This document shows positions 26,145 to 39,425 of a DNA stretch of 64,000 nucleotides, in pieces (positions within the stretch are counted from its first letter, which is position 1; each line of letters starts with the position of its first letter). The DNA is from Octopus sinensis (Eukaryota), in the NCBI RefSeq assembly GCF_006345805.1, contig NC_042997.1, forward strand, positions 97,898,001 to 97,962,000, written 5' to 3'. The notes beneath the pieces are model-generated. The model was not told the origin of the DNA, searched no databases, and saw nothing but the letters and a program-made list of their open reading frames with translations. Position numbers and translations under genes: made by a program.

Positions 26145-26677
26145 TCTATCCATCTATATATCTATTTATTTCTCCCCCTCTCCCTTTCCACACACACACA
26201 CGCTCACACCTATTCATATGCAATATATTAGTTCACAAGCTAAGTATTGATAACGATTCAGCAAAGTACTTAATACTGGTTGGCAGTATTTGACAACGCT
26301 CGTATGATTGCTATTTCAGATGCGCAAGCACTGCCGTGTAGCACAAAACTCCGTTTCGCAACAAATTTCCGGCTTCACTCTTACCTGTGTTACTATCTAG
26401 TCCAGTGTCTTTTTGTGATTGAAATCTATGAGTAGAATTCGGTAGACAACGAGGAAGAGTATTGTGTGTGTGTGTCTGTGTGTGAGTATATTTAAGAGAA
26501 TGGCGTAGATAAAAACCAGGCTGCATATGTTTCATTGCTAGCGGGACCTCGGAAGTAGTAATTATCCAAACGAGGGCTTGACCGCAAGCTACTCTTCAGG
26601 CCAATAATACATTGATTATATAATGTTTACATTGTCTGTCGTTAGGAGATCCACTGTAAACTCGTTGAGGATTCGAT

Positions 26678-26741
<64 letters not shown>

Positions 26742-26744
26742 TAT

Positions 26745-27146
26745 TGCCCTCAAGGGGCTAAACATAGAGGGGACAAACAAGGACAGACAAAGGGGATTAA
26801 GTCGATTACATCGACACCAGTGCGTAACTGGTACTTAATTTATCGACCCCGAAAGGATGAAAGGCAAAGTCGACCTCGGCGGAATTTGAACTGAGTACGT
26901 AACCGCAGACGAAATTCCTATTTCTTTACTACCCGCAAGGGGCTAAACACAGAGAGGACAAACAAGGACAGACAAAGGGATTAAGTCGATTATATCGACC
27001 CCAGTGCGTAACTGGTACTTATTTAATCGACCCCGAAAGGATGAAAGGCAAAGTGGACCTATGCGGAATCTGAACTCAGAGTGTAATCGCAGACGAAATA
27101 CCGCTAAGTATTTCGCTCGGCGTGCTAACGTTTCTGCCAGCTCGAC
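26745..27146 (-). mobile_element. SINE family B dimer (tail type 1)
   Basis: Two tandem bodies, each with the ttgtctgtccttgtttgtcc...gccccttg tail; second unit lacks the head. Confidence 0.9.
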
Positions 27147-27309
27147 TTATTTATATATATATATATATATTATATATATATATATACACACACACACGCA
27201 TATATATACATATTTATATGTATATATATACATATGTGTTTATATACGTGTGTGTGTGTGTGTGTGTATGTTTATATTCTACATACGTAAATTAATCTTG
27301 TACCTTTTA

Positions 27310-27720
27310 TATCAGTCATTGGATTGTGGCCATGCTGGGGCAATGTCCCGAAAGGTTTTAGTTGAACAAATCACCCCGCAACTTTTCTTTTTAAATTCTG
27401 GTGCTTGTTTTATCAGTCTGTTTTGCCAAACTGCTAAACTACAGGAATGCGTGAAGTAACAGGGACGCAAGCAAACGAACACAGGTGGTTAAATGGCGGA
27501 AAGGAACAAACACAAACGCGCGCGCGCATTCATACACACACATGCACAGATAGTTATGACTGGTTTCTTTTAGTTTCCATTTACCAATCCACTCACAAAG
27601 CCTTATCTGACCCGATGCTATAGTATGAAACACTTGTTGGAGATGGCACCCTGCGGAACTGAACCCAAAACCATGTGGCTGGGAATCAAATTTCCTACCA
27701 CACAATCACGCCCAAACCTA
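27310..27720 (-). mobile_element. Diverged SINE family A
   Basis: Reverse complement of the A tail, core and head. Confidence 0.75.
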
Positions 27721-27817
27721 TACAAGTACAGCAGTGATTTTCCGGAACATTTCGTTCCGGAACTTTTCGCAATTTTTCAAACCAGTTTTGGTCACCTGTA
27801 AAGCAAACAAATATGCT

Positions 27818-28150
27818 GAGACCTCCTTCGGTCATGACTGACCATGGGATTGCACCTAGAAAGTTACCCTCCCAGGCACAATCTGGGCCAAGTTGTTTAT
27901 GGAAGACCAGCAGTCGCCCATGCATACCGGCCTCCTCTCTCCACGCCACCGATGTTCTCCAAGGGAAAGGCAAAGGCCAATACAGCTTGGCACCAGTGAC
28001 GTCGCAACTCATTTCTACAGCTGAGTGAACTGGAGCAACGTGAAGTAAGGTGTCTTGCTCAAGAACACAACACGCAGCCCGGTCCGGGACTCGAATTCAC
28101 AACCTCACGATCGTAAGTTCGACGCTCTAACCACTGAGCCATGCGCCTTC
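27818..28150 (-). mobile_element. SINE family C
   Basis: Reverse complement of the 32800-33130 copy. Confidence 0.9.
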
Positions 28151-28252
28151 ACAAAGCAAACAAATATATTTGCTTAATTAAATGAAATACAGGTGCGTTT
28201 TCATTTGTATAAGTGCTACAATTTTAGTTATTGTATAATGGACAAGGTAGTG

Positions 28253-28575
28253 AAGGCACGTGGCTTAGTGGTTAGAGGTATTCGGTTCAAGATCGTAAAG
28301 TTGTGAGTTCAATTCTCTGCGGCACGTTGTGTCCTTGAACAAAACACTTTCTTTTACGTTGCTCCAGTTCACTCAACTGGCAAAAAGGAGTAATACTTGT
28401 AATTCAAAGGACCAGCCTTGCCATATTCTGTGTCACGCTGAATCTCCCTGAGAACTATGTTGACGGTACGCATGTCTGTGGAGTTCTCAGCCACATGCAC
28501 GTTAATTTCACGAGAAGGGCTGTTCCGCTGATCGGATCAACTGGAACCCTTGTTGTTGTAAGCAACAAAGTACCA
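28253..28575 (+). mobile_element. SINE with family C head and core but a different tail
   Basis: aaggcacgtggcttagtggttag head and cacttt...acgttgctccagttcactca core, then an unrelated 3' part also seen degenerate at about 60820-60945. Confidence 0.8.
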
Positions 28576-29014
28576 TACTGCGCAAGGTACTAGTAAACCA
28601 GTCTAGTGGCCGCGAGAATTTAAAGTTCCTACTCAGAAATTTGTGAGGTTAAGAGTTTCCGGACCATCTGTGTCCGGAAAGTTCGGTGTTGTAAATGTAT
28701 GTAGAAATATCTTTGTTTTCCCGTCTTCCAGTCATTTGACAGTCTAGGGCACAGTCTTGAAGAATTTTAGACGAACGAATCGATCCCAGAATTTATTTAT
28801 TTTTTTGTAACGACTGGTATTTTTCTATTGGTAACTTTCGCTGAGAGGACATAAACACACCAACACAAATTGTCAGGAGATGGCAGGGTCTAACAAACAA
28901 ACACACATACACACACATGCACGTACGCGCGCGCACACACACATATATACAACGGGCTTCTTTCAGTTTCCGTCTCCAACATTCAGTATCTATCTATATC
29001 AATATATATTATCT

Positions 29015-29101
<87 letters not shown>

Positions 29102-29105
<4 letters not shown>

Positions 29106-30377
29106 CCATCACATAAATAATGCTTTTTTAATACTCATTTTATTTTTCAAAGTTAAGATAACAAAGTTCTTTTTTCATCTAAAATATACACTCCTCCATT
29201 TTCTACAATACTTTTCCATCTATGTAGTAGACTTGCAAGGCCCCTCTTCCAAAATTCTCTTGTCTGTGATGAAAAATACTCCTCCAGTACTGTTCTGACC
29301 TCGTCTACAGAATTCATATTTGTTCCGCCTAAATGATTTTGAACATTGCAGAATAAATGATAATCAGATGAGGCAATGTCAGGCGAATATCGATAGTAGG
29401 ACATCGTTCCTATTCAAATTGCTCCTGCCTTAGGAATGTCATCCTTGCTGTATGTGAGCGAGCTTATTGATGGAAGACCACCTTTCGTCTTGAAACCAAA
29501 GATGGTCGTTTTTTCTTCGAGCGCTGACTTAAGACACTCAAGCTGCTCACAGTAGAACTCCTTTGTTATCGTTTGGTTTGGGTTTAAAAGTTCAAAGTGG
29601 ACTAAACATTTCATATCTCACCAAACAGATAACAACACCTTATGTGGGTGAAGCCCTTCTTTAGCCTGTGGTGCCAGTGTTTCTCCTTTCCCTGCCCACT
29701 GTCTTCGGCGCTTGACATTTTCATAGAGAACCCATTTCTCGTCACCAGTCACTATTCGGTCCAGAAAAGGTTCATTCGTGAGACGTGACAGCAAAGAAAA
29801 GCAAAAATTCACTTTCTGCGCGTGATTATACTTGGAAAGTTTGTGAGGAATCCATTGATCCAATTTACTGACTTTTCCGATGGCACGCAGGTGTTGATGA
29901 ACGGTTGAATGACCAAATCCGAGATTCTCTGCTAGTTCCTCAACAGTTAGGATGGGATTTTGTTCTACCAGAGTTTGAAGGACGTCGTGTTCTACAGATC
30001 TTCTAGGACGAGGCTCGTCTTCTAGGCTGTAATTTCTGGCTCGGAATTTCTGAAACCACCGCCAACACTGGCATACGCTTATTGACCGATCCCCAAATAC
30101 TGCATTAATATTCCTTACACTTTCCGTTGTGTTGTTGCTTTTATTGAACTTATAAAGCAAAATAAACCGAATATGCACCTTTGCTACTTCCATTATAGCT
30201 TTGAAAAAATAATTGTTAAAATCGAACTGCACTCTTGAAAATTTACACTAAGAATAAGGACAAGGTAAAATTACTACCTGCTTCTATAGCAAGTTGGTGC
30301 AGGTAGTTTATCCCGTCCCCCTTCCGACTTTTAGTTGATGCAATTGAAAAAACCGCATTATTTATGGGATGACCCAA
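29102..30377 (-). mobile_element. Full-length defective mariner (DD34D-type) transposon
   Basis: TIRs ttggccatcacataaataatgc / gcattatttatgggatgacccaa with TA flanks; ORF pieces with WIPHKL, IVTGDEKW, YSPDIASSDYHLF; frameshifts and stops. Confidence 0.95.
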
Positions 30378-30381
30378 TATA

Positions 30382-31666
30382 TTAAGTTGTTTCACATGAA
30401 ATGTCGCATTTTTAATTACTTGTAACTTCAGTCATTTAAAAACTCAATTATGTATACCTTGCATTTAATCTTGACTCTTTTTCTTTCCCCAAAAATATTG
30501 GTATACAAAATTCGTATCCACAGATTTTATGAAATTGATAACAACCAAACTATGTTGAATGATTTTCTCGTATGAGTACAAACTGGGGCACTCTGCCGCA
30601 GGAGCTCTACGGAATATCAAGCAGGACTTTGGTAATGGTTTGGTTGAAGTCAAAACTGTTTAGAGATGGTTCCAAAGCTCTCGTTCAGGAGATGATAGCC
30701 TGGAAAATAGACCAAGGGATAGGCCAAAATCAGTTATTCAGCATGATAGATGCTTTGGTTGAACAAAATCCGAGAATAAAGGTTCGAAAACATCTCGCAC
30801 AACTGCGACACATGTAAAAGCTGGAAAAGCCAAGAAAACGGATAGGTTTGTTCCACATCAACTGAACGAGATTAATAAATAAATAAGACAGACGCCTTGA
30901 AGTGTGCTCCTTATTGCTTTCTCGACTGGAAAAAAGACCATTTTTGCATCAAATCATTACTTGTTATGAGAAATGGATACTCTTTGACAACAGCAGGAGA
31001 ACAGGACAGTGATAGATGCAGGGGAGTCATCTAAATATACCCAAACCCACCAGTGCACCCTAAAAAGTTAGTGGTCAGTATATGGTGATCTGCGAAGGGA
31101 GTTATTCATTCTTCGTTTTTGCAACAAGGTAAACGGTAACAGCAACATCGTATTGCCTGGAAATTGATTGTATGCATGAGAATTTGGAAGAAAGAAGAAG
31201 CAACCCAGACCAGTAAATAGTGATGGCCCAATTTTGCTCCACGACAACGCACGTCCTCACACTCTTCAAGCTACAGTCCAAAAGTTGCAAAGCCTGGATT
31301 GTGAATTTTGCAACATCTTCCTATTCCCTGATATCTCTTCTACTGATCATCACTTATTTAAGCGTTTCGAGATTTCCATAAGCAATAAAACATTGCTCCA
31401 GCATGGCCACAGTCAAATGACTGAAACAAGTGAAAGAGTAAAAAAAAAAAAAAGAGAGAGGGAAGAGGTAATTGAAGCATTCAGACAGTTTATCACAGCA
31501 AAAGACGATTAAAAAAAAAAAAGGAATATATGACATAGAGAAACGTTAGGTAAACGACCTAAATGAACATTGATCATTACCTTGATTAAATAAATCAGTT
31601 CTCCCAGACTTCTGAAACATTTTGTTGTTACCTTTCAAATACGACATTCTATGTGATACAACCTAA
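30382..31666 (+). mobile_element. Second, more decayed full-length mariner
   Basis: TIRs ttaagttgtttcacatgaaatgtcgcattt / aaatacgacattctatgtgatacaacctaa with TA flanks; motifs FVPHQL, ITCYEKW, LHDNARPH, PDISSTDHHLF; SINE A tail inserted at about 31394-31460. Confidence 0.9.
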
Positions 31667-31669
31667 TAT

Positions 31670-32088
31670 ATATTTCTTTACTGCCCACAAGGGGCTAAAA
31701 ATAGAGGGGACAAACAAGGACAGACAGACGGATTAAGTCGATTACATCGACCCCAGTGCGAAACTGGTACTTTATTCATCGATCCCGAAAGGATGAAAGG
31801 CAAAGTCGACCTCGGCGGAATTTGAACTCAGAACCTAACGACAGACGAAATGCCTATTTTATTTACTGCCCACAAGGACTAAACACAGAGGGGACAAACA
31901 AGGACAAACAAACGGATTAAGACGATTACATCGACCCCAGTGCGTAACTGGTACTTATTTAATCGACCCCGAAAGGATGAAAGGCAAAGTCGACCTCGGC
32001 GGAATTTGAACTCAGAACGTAGCGGCAGACGAAATACTGCAAAACATTTCGCCCGGCATGCTAACGATTCTGCCAGCTCGTCGCCTTT
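31670..32088 (-). mobile_element. SINE family B dimer (tail type 1)
   Basis: Same architecture as 26745-27146. Confidence 0.92.
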
Positions 32089-32461
32089 TAAAGCAATCTA
32101 ATATAAATATATGTGTGTGTGTGTTTATGCGCACTTGGGTGTATCTATATATGTATGCGTGTGCGCGATTGTGTGTGTGCATGTGTATCTGTGTGTGTAC
32201 GTATGTGTGCGTATCTCTGCATATGTCAGTGTAAAACAATCTGTTGTGCTGTATCCCTTCATATTAAAATGTAACATAGTATTTCGATAAATAGGGATTG
32301 ATAAATTCGGTACCAGACTGAAAATAAATATCATTTGAAGGCAATGCTTCAGTGTAGCCGCAGATCTTTAACTGAAACTAGTTAAATTATTATTTAATTA
32401 GTCATACAAACACTACACACACACACACACACACCACACACATACACACACACACACACGC

Positions 32462-32506
<45 letters not shown>

Positions 32507-32799
32507 TTCCCAGGTCCTGGTATGCGACATTTCTTGATTATTTAATCGTGGAGGACAACAGATGATTTTCTTCTATTTCTTTGAGAGGAGAGACAGTTTC
32601 TGTGTGTGTGTGTGTGTGTGTTTGAGAGAGAGAGAGAGAGGGGGAAGCTGCATGAAGAGGAGGGGGAAGAAGAAGAAGAGGGGAGGAGGAAGAGAAGAAA
32701 AAAGAAGGAAAAGAGGACGAAGAAGAAAAAGAAGAAGGAGAAGAAAGAAAATGAACTTTCATATGTTCAGCAGCGTGTACAAATAAGTCGCAGTCATCT

Positions 32800-33130
32800 A
32801 AAGGCGCATGGCTCAGTGGTTAGAGCGGTGGGCTCACAATCATGAGGTAGTGAGTTCGATTCCCGGACTGGACTGTGTGTTGTGTTCGTGAGCAACACAT
32901 TTTATTTCACGTTGCTCCAGTTCACTCAGCTGTAGAAATGAGTTGTGATGTCACTGGTGCCAAGATGTATCAGGCTTTGCCTTTCCCTTGGATAACATCG
33001 GTGGCGTGGAGAGGGGAAGCTGGTATGCATGGGTAACTGCCGGTCTTCCATAAACAACTTTACCCGGAAATGTGCCTCGGAGGGTAATATTCTAGGTGCA
33101 ATCTCATGGTTAGTCATGACCGAAGGTTTT
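32800..33130 (+). mobile_element. SINE family C, full length
   Basis: tRNA-like head ggcgcatggctcagtggttagagcg...gagttcgattcc with clear A and B boxes. Confidence 0.92.
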
Positions 33131-33403
33131 TTTTTTACCCTTTACCTATCTGCATAAAAGAAATAAAAAACAAGGGATTGAAAGACTTTGGCATTGGCAC
33201 CAAAACGTTGCAAATTAAAGGAATGACCTGAAGGTTACTCAAATTTTGTAGCTGCAAAATACAAAGAACTTTCCTATGTTCTGCAGCGTGTACAAATTTT
33301 TCGCAAATCATCTGCATACAAAAAAATCCCAAGTAAGAGATTGAAAGACTTCCGCATTGGCACCAAAACGTTGCAAATTGAAAGAACGACCAGAAGTGTC
33401 TCA

Positions 33404-33798
33404 TCTCTCTCTATATAAAGCTAAAGTTGTTTGTGTATGGCAGGTTTGGTAGCCTTCAACTAACACTATCTCCTCCGAGACCCTGCGGCGCAAGTTGACC
33501 AAAATTGAGAGTATGATAGAAGAAGGCTTGCCCTTCTTTCCGTAGAAGATAAAATTCAAATCGGACCATGTTAAGACCAAAAATTATTTACATCAAAAAG
33601 GTGCTTTTTTTCTATGAAAATCCATCCCTATTTTTTACGAGGTTTTGACTGCTGTGTCGCCATTTTTCGGTTTATTTCAACCAGAAAAATGTTCACTTAA
33701 AGAGAATAACAAGCGACGTAATGTAAAGTTTTACTTTTCAAAAATTCCAATTCTAAAAGGTTGAAACAAACTCGAGCAACGCCGGGCAATACTGCTAG
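33404..33798 (+). mobile_element. Non-autonomous Helitron
   Basis: a|TC 5' end, subterminal hairpin ctcgagcaacgccggg, CTAG|t 3' end, no TSD. Confidence 0.85.
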
Positions 33799-34373
33799 TT
33801 TATTCTATAAAATAAATCGGTGGCAGAAAAATACAAAGAATATATATATATAATTATATATAATTATATATAATACAAAGAATAGGAAGAAGAGGATGTC
33901 GTCCTGTTTGATGCCACTTTTTAAGGTTGCATTCTGTCATGTTCTTATTAAAATTGACTTTTGCTTATATTCCATTGTGAAATGATTTAATATAGACACA
34001 AAGTCATCTGTACAGTCAATTTTACAAAGAACTTGCCCCCAGAAATATCCTATTCAAAATATCAAAAGATTTTGTTAGATTAATGAAAATCTAGACAATA
34101 TCCATGTTCTACTCATAGCACATTTACATCTGTCATACTGTGAAAATAATATCCATTATTTTTTCCTAGATCGGAATACCCACAGAGAACCAGTAAGGAT
34201 ATCAAATATAATATCAATACATTAATTATATATGAATAATATAGATATAACATTCCGCACATCTTATTTCACGTGGACATAATGTAGAAAGCAGAAAGCT
34301 GCGGTATTCATCTCGAGACAGCGTCTCGTATAGATGTATAGTGCCAGGAAACACAACAGAATATCGGTAACAG

Positions 34374-34824
34374 ACGGAGAGTGTCCAACAGTAGCGGTGG
34401 AATTTCTAAATCTCGATTTCTCTTCCCTTGAGCGTCATCAGTAGCAAGTATCTTTTAAAAACCGCATGCTCAGACAAATTAAGTCTCCACTGATATAGAC
34501 AAACTGATTAAAAAATCACGGGTGTCGCAAATAGCCGTCAGGTTAGATAAAAACAGCGTCTTTGTAAGCTGTTTGAAGCATGACAACTGTTTTGGCAGAA
34601 TTTCACGGAAGCACGCTGTTCCTTCGTTTCAGTCATCACAAAAATCGACAAACAGGGAAAAACAAGGACGCACCACCTGCCAGCACGGCATGGGACGACG
34701 ACGCCGGTTGGCAGACTAATGTTTGAGAGTCGCATCAGAGATGACTTCTAGCGGCGGAAGCCTGAACTACAACGAATTTGTCCCACAGAGAACGCTCCCA
34801 GTTACTTTTGGGTACACCCTCGTG
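34374..34824 (-). mobile_element. Internally deleted mariner-like element
   Basis: Minus-strand MTETKEQRASVKFC resembles a mariner N-terminus; terminal cgagggtgtacccaaaagt; left TIR weak. Confidence 0.5.
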
Positions 34825-34849
34825 TGTGTATATATATATAATCATTACA

Positions 34850-35390
34850 GATATAGGGTTAAGAATTATTAATTTAATAAATCAATAAATTTTACCAAGT
34901 AGTTTCGATATGGAAAAGAACCGTATTCGGTAAAAACTTGTACAAAAAGTTTTTTTATATATAATTATAACAATAATTAAGGGTTTAGCAACAAGTTGCT
35001 TCACCACATACCGAGAATTTAGAAATAGCAGCCAAAAGACCGCTATTTCGTTTTCCTACAAAATATATTTCCACAGATAGCAATATTTGTAACTCACGTA
35101 GGTAAAAACAAGAAAAATAATGAAATCAAACAGTCTTCGATTAATTATGGACGCGTTTCTGGATTAGAATTATAAAAATTCATTTCCTTTGTCAACATAA
35201 TATTTCGAGAATTATAAATTTAAAAATGTTAGGAAAACTTATCCTTTGCATTTCTGATCACGCACCATCAGAACATAACACAAGGTAGTCAGCATATCCA
35301 AACTTATATAGACGATTGAATTCGTATTTCCCTCCAAGTTCACCAGCAACTTGTTGCTAAATCCTTAATTATTGTTATAATTATATATAT
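34850..35390 (-). mobile_element. Penelope-like repeat with partial inverted end
   Basis: 34960-35000 is repeated inverted at 35345-35388; contains a decayed hammerhead; homologous to 13441-13695 and 62345-62595. Confidence 0.75.
35144..35201 (-). ncRNA. Decayed minimal hammerhead ribozyme (probably inactive)
   Basis: Minus strand ATTATG-TTGACAA-aGGA...TCCa-GAAACGCGTC-CATAAT; stem I intact, core has two substitutions relative to CTGANGA. Confidence 0.7.
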
Positions 35391-35400
35391 ATAGATATAT

Positions 35401-35813
35401 AGGCGCAGGAGTGGCTGTGTGGTAAGTAGCTTGCTTACTAACCACATGGTTCCGGGTTCAGTCCCACTGCGTGGCATCTTGGGCTAGTGTCTTCTACTAT
35501 AGCCTCGGGCCGACCAGTGCCGTGTGAGTGGATTTGGTAGACTGAAACTGAAAGAAGCCTGTCGTATATATGTATATGTATATGTATGTGTGTGTATGTT
35601 TGTGTGTCTGTGTTTGTCCCCCTAGCATTGCTTGACAACCGATGCTGGTGTGTTTACGTCCCCGTCACTTAGCGGTTCGGCAAAAGAGACCGATAGATTA
35701 AGTACTGGGCTTACAAAGAATAAGTCCCGGGGTCGATTTGCTAGACTAAAGGCGGTGCTCCAGCAAGGCCGCAGTCAAATGACTGAAACAAGTAAAAGAG
35801 AGTAAAAGAGAGT
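35401..35813 (+). mobile_element. SINE family A, full length
   Basis: Complete head, core and gtaaaagaga tail repeats. Confidence 0.93.
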
Positions 35814-35879
35814 ATATGTTATTGTTATCTCGAAATTAATGAAGATATTGCGTATGTTGGTACTCTTTGTAAAGAAATA

Positions 35880-36360
35880 CTTTCACGGGTAAAGTAAGAC
35901 AGTCAGATTTCTCGGCATGCAAGATGGCCACATTCCACAATGCTTTCCTAGTGATAGTTTTAGCTCTAGCATTTTATTAAAACGTTATGCATTTGAAAAC
36001 ATCCGCAACTTGAACAACAAGACCAGGAAGTTACTCGCTTTCACTATTAGCTTACCACATTAACAATGACAATGATATGATCTATGTTAAACAGAAGGAT
36101 GGAGGCAGAGGCAAATATAAATTCAAACAGCGTTTGAGTGTCGCTTTGTGTCACTTATATAACAACTAAACAACAGTATAGTTAGAAATATGAACATTAC
36201 ATGTGTTACTCATAGGTGAAAATAATATATTCTTCAATTTCCGCAATTTCAACCAATCTCACAAGGTATATTGAATTACAGATGTTCCATGTAACACAAA
36301 GCTTGCTGGATTAACCTTCTTAAACAGAAACTTAGGCTAGGTATGCATGAGAAATACATA
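35880..36360 (+). pseudogene. R4/Dong-like LINE relic (post-RT region)
   Basis: NNKTRKLL and MIYVKQKDGGRG match the D.KTRK.L...LY..R..GGRG pattern. Confidence 0.5.
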
Positions 36361-36759
36361 CTAAATATTTGATCTTTAAAGAGAATCCAAGAAATTACTG
36401 CGCGTGAATTTGTTTTGAGCGAATAAAATGTTGCACACCACTGAACCCACTTTTCAGGATAATCAACAGTTGCGCCAGTAGTACTACAGAGGTTGAGCCG
36501 ACACTTTCTTTTATACGAGTTTCCTTTCTCTTACAAATTCTAACGTGAACTGGGGGCACGCCTTTCCCAGGGTTTCACATGCTAGTTGGCTATAGCTGGG
36601 ACCATAAGTCCTATCACCCTGGGTCCAGAGTAGACCTGGGGACAACAGTGACTAAGAAGTGATTCCACACCCCTCAAAACACCAGAACTCTCGTAGAAGG
36701 ACCCCACTTACGAGTGCAGTTTAAAGTTATACATACATACATGCATACATACATACATA

Positions 36760-36972
36760 CGAGGGGTGCAAAAAGTCCCTGGATTTGGGTAAAAGAAAAT
36801 ATAGAAAGATCGGTTAATTATGATTTTATTCAACGTATTACCCTCACAGATTCACAGGCATATTGCAGCGGCCCTTCAGTTTCCTAAGCCCTGTAAAAGA
36901 ACTCGGAAGGTTGGACCTCCAACCAAGCCCTTCGTAATACCTTTAAAGCCAGGAACTTTCAGTATCCCCTCG
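36760..36972. mobile_element. Tc1/mariner-type MITE
   Basis: TIRs cgaggggtgcaaaaagtccctggattt / aaagccaggaactttcagtatcccctcg with TA on both flanks. Confidence 0.8.
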
Positions 36973-37859
36973 TACATATATACTATTCTCGGTTCCATTT
37001 GTTGAATGCGAAAGATAATTGCCAAAAGAATCTCTTACACGAGATTTGCAACCGCAGTTCATAATGGAACTGGAGTTCGCATTTTTCAAGACTCTTGCCA
37101 GCTATAGTATTTTCAGTGAGGAGGATTAGAGCTCCGCTGTTCATAACAGAGGTAAACTGTGTTTATTTTAATTTTATTTACTAACTGATACACTATACCT
37201 TCTATCATACGTTGATCATGTTGATTAGACCAAGTTACTGAAGAATGTTACGGCAGAAAGCAAAGTGGCTCTTCCACTTACTTGGAGAATTGTAAAATTG
37301 TAGGCTCTTCCAAGGTACTGTTCTTTTCTATATCATTTTTCATGAGGCATCTTTATTGACAAGCTTCGCAGTTTGTTGCACAGACGTAAACAACATTTTT
37401 GAGGACCTGGAATAAGGATGACCTATGAATTGTGTAGGAACAGTCTGAGAGCAAAGAGATTTATGATATGCCTTATTTAAAAAATAAAAAAAAACCTCAT
37501 CTAAAAAATTAGTACGGGTTTCAATTACTAAAAAAGATAAAGTAGTACATTTTTTTTTACTGTTTTACACTTAGATTTGTATGTAATAATATAAAATCAT
37601 GTTTACGTAAATGTACTCCGCCAGTATCTGTGATAAAACCTTATGTTTCATACTATATAGACATATATTTTTGATTGATGTCGTCTTTAGAAAATTCTTA
37701 TTTAAAAAATTATCGCTGAAAAGTTAACACGCTGTTGCAAATAACATGATGGATGAAAAATAATGTATTCATTCATTGTGTCACATGCAAATTTGTTTAT
37801 AGTTCTATTTATTCAACTATCATCCTCTATCAATCTGGTTGTTAATCTTTATATGGTAA

Positions 37860-38285
37860 CGGTTTCAAAGTTTTGCACAAGGCTAGTAATTTCAGGGGAG
37901 GGGTTAAGTCGATTGCATCAATCCCAGTGCTTGACTGGTATTTATATTATCGACCTCGAAAGGATAAAAGGCAAAGTCGACTCGGCGGAATTTAAGCTCA
38001 GTCTGCCGCTACGTTCTGAGTTCAAATTCCGCCGAGGTCGACTTTGCCTTTCATCCTTTCGAGGTCGATAAATTAAGTACCAGTTACGCACTAAGGTCGA
38101 TATAATCGACTTAATCCGCTTGTCTGTCCTTGTTTGTCCCCTCAGGTATTTATATTATCGACCCCAAAAGCATGAAAAGCAAAGTCGACCTCAGCGGTAT
38201 TTGTTCTTAGAATATAAAGACGGACAAAATGCCGCTAAGCATTTATCTGACGTGCGAACGATTCTGTCAGTTCACCGTCTTAATT
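37860..38285. mobile_element. Nested and inverted SINE B pieces
   Basis: Minus body 37860-38002, plus body 38003-38143, minus body and head 38144-38285. Confidence 0.85.
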
Positions 38286-38590
38286 TTTATTTAACAATAA
38301 TCATGAAGTCTCTCGATCTGTCATACAGCTTCCGGTTAGGTTCCCATCTTCTGCCCATCTTTCTTATCCTCTCACCCTTCATGTATGTATATAAACTCGC
38401 GCACACATATACACAAAGGCAGATACAACACAATTTTCCGAACTTTTGTCCGTCTCTTACTAAACTGTTAATGATTCTCAAAACCATCGTCGAAAATATT
38501 TAGTTTAAGTTTCAACATATAATTATTGAAAACAAAAATTGGTTATTTGTAAAGAAATAGCGAATTACAAAGAATAAATGAAAAATATAT

Positions 38591-39015
38591 AGGCGCAGGA
38601 GTGGCTGTGTGGTAAGTAGCTTGCTAACCAACCACATGGTTCTGGGTTCAGTCCCACTACGTGGCATCTTGGGCAAGTGTCTTCTGCTATAGCCCCGGGC
38701 CGACCAATGCCTTGTGAGTGGATTTGGTAGACGGAAACTGAAAGAAGCCTGTCGTATATAAGTATATATATATATATGTGCGTGTGTGTGTGTTTGTGTG
38801 TCTGTGTTTGTCCCCCTAGCATTGCTTGACAACCGATGCTGGTGTGTTTACGTCCCCGTCACTTAGCGGTTCGGCAAAAGAGACCGATAGAATAAGTATT
38901 GGGCTTACAAAGAATAAGTCCCGGGGTCGATTTGCTCGACTAAAGGCGGTGCTCCAGCATGGCCGCAGTCAAATGACTGAAACAAGTAAAAGAGTAAAAG
39001 AGAGTAAAAGAGTAA
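38591..39015 (+). mobile_element. SINE family A, full length
   Basis: Nearly identical to the 7362 and 35401 copies. Confidence 0.93.
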
Positions 39016-39136
39016 ATGTCTTTACAAAAAGCTTTCTTATAGATATTCGTTTGTGGTTACTTTTCTCAAGTTATTTCAACGAAAATAAGAAATGCCATCT
39101 ATCTAATTTTCTGTCTGGCTATCTGTCTGTCCGTTC

Positions 39137-39205
<69 letters not shown>

Positions 39206-39357
39206 TCTATCTATCAGTTAAGTAGCTAGCTTGCTATATCTATACAAGTATCTGTCTATATCTATCCTTATTTCTTCGTTTCTTTCACTCTCTTTCTATT
39301 TTCTTTCCTTTTATCCTTCTCTCTTCCATTTTGGCTATTCTCCTTCCTTCCTTCCTG

Positions 39358-39425
<68 letters not shown>

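Noticed and set aside
32800-32870. tRNA-like sequence with A and B boxes
   Set aside because: Head of SINE family C, continuing into the SINE body; no complete cloverleaf
37108-37620. Possible further small exons upstream of the CUB-like pair
   Set aside because: Several AG/GT pairs exist but none gives a coherent CUB sequence in compatible phase
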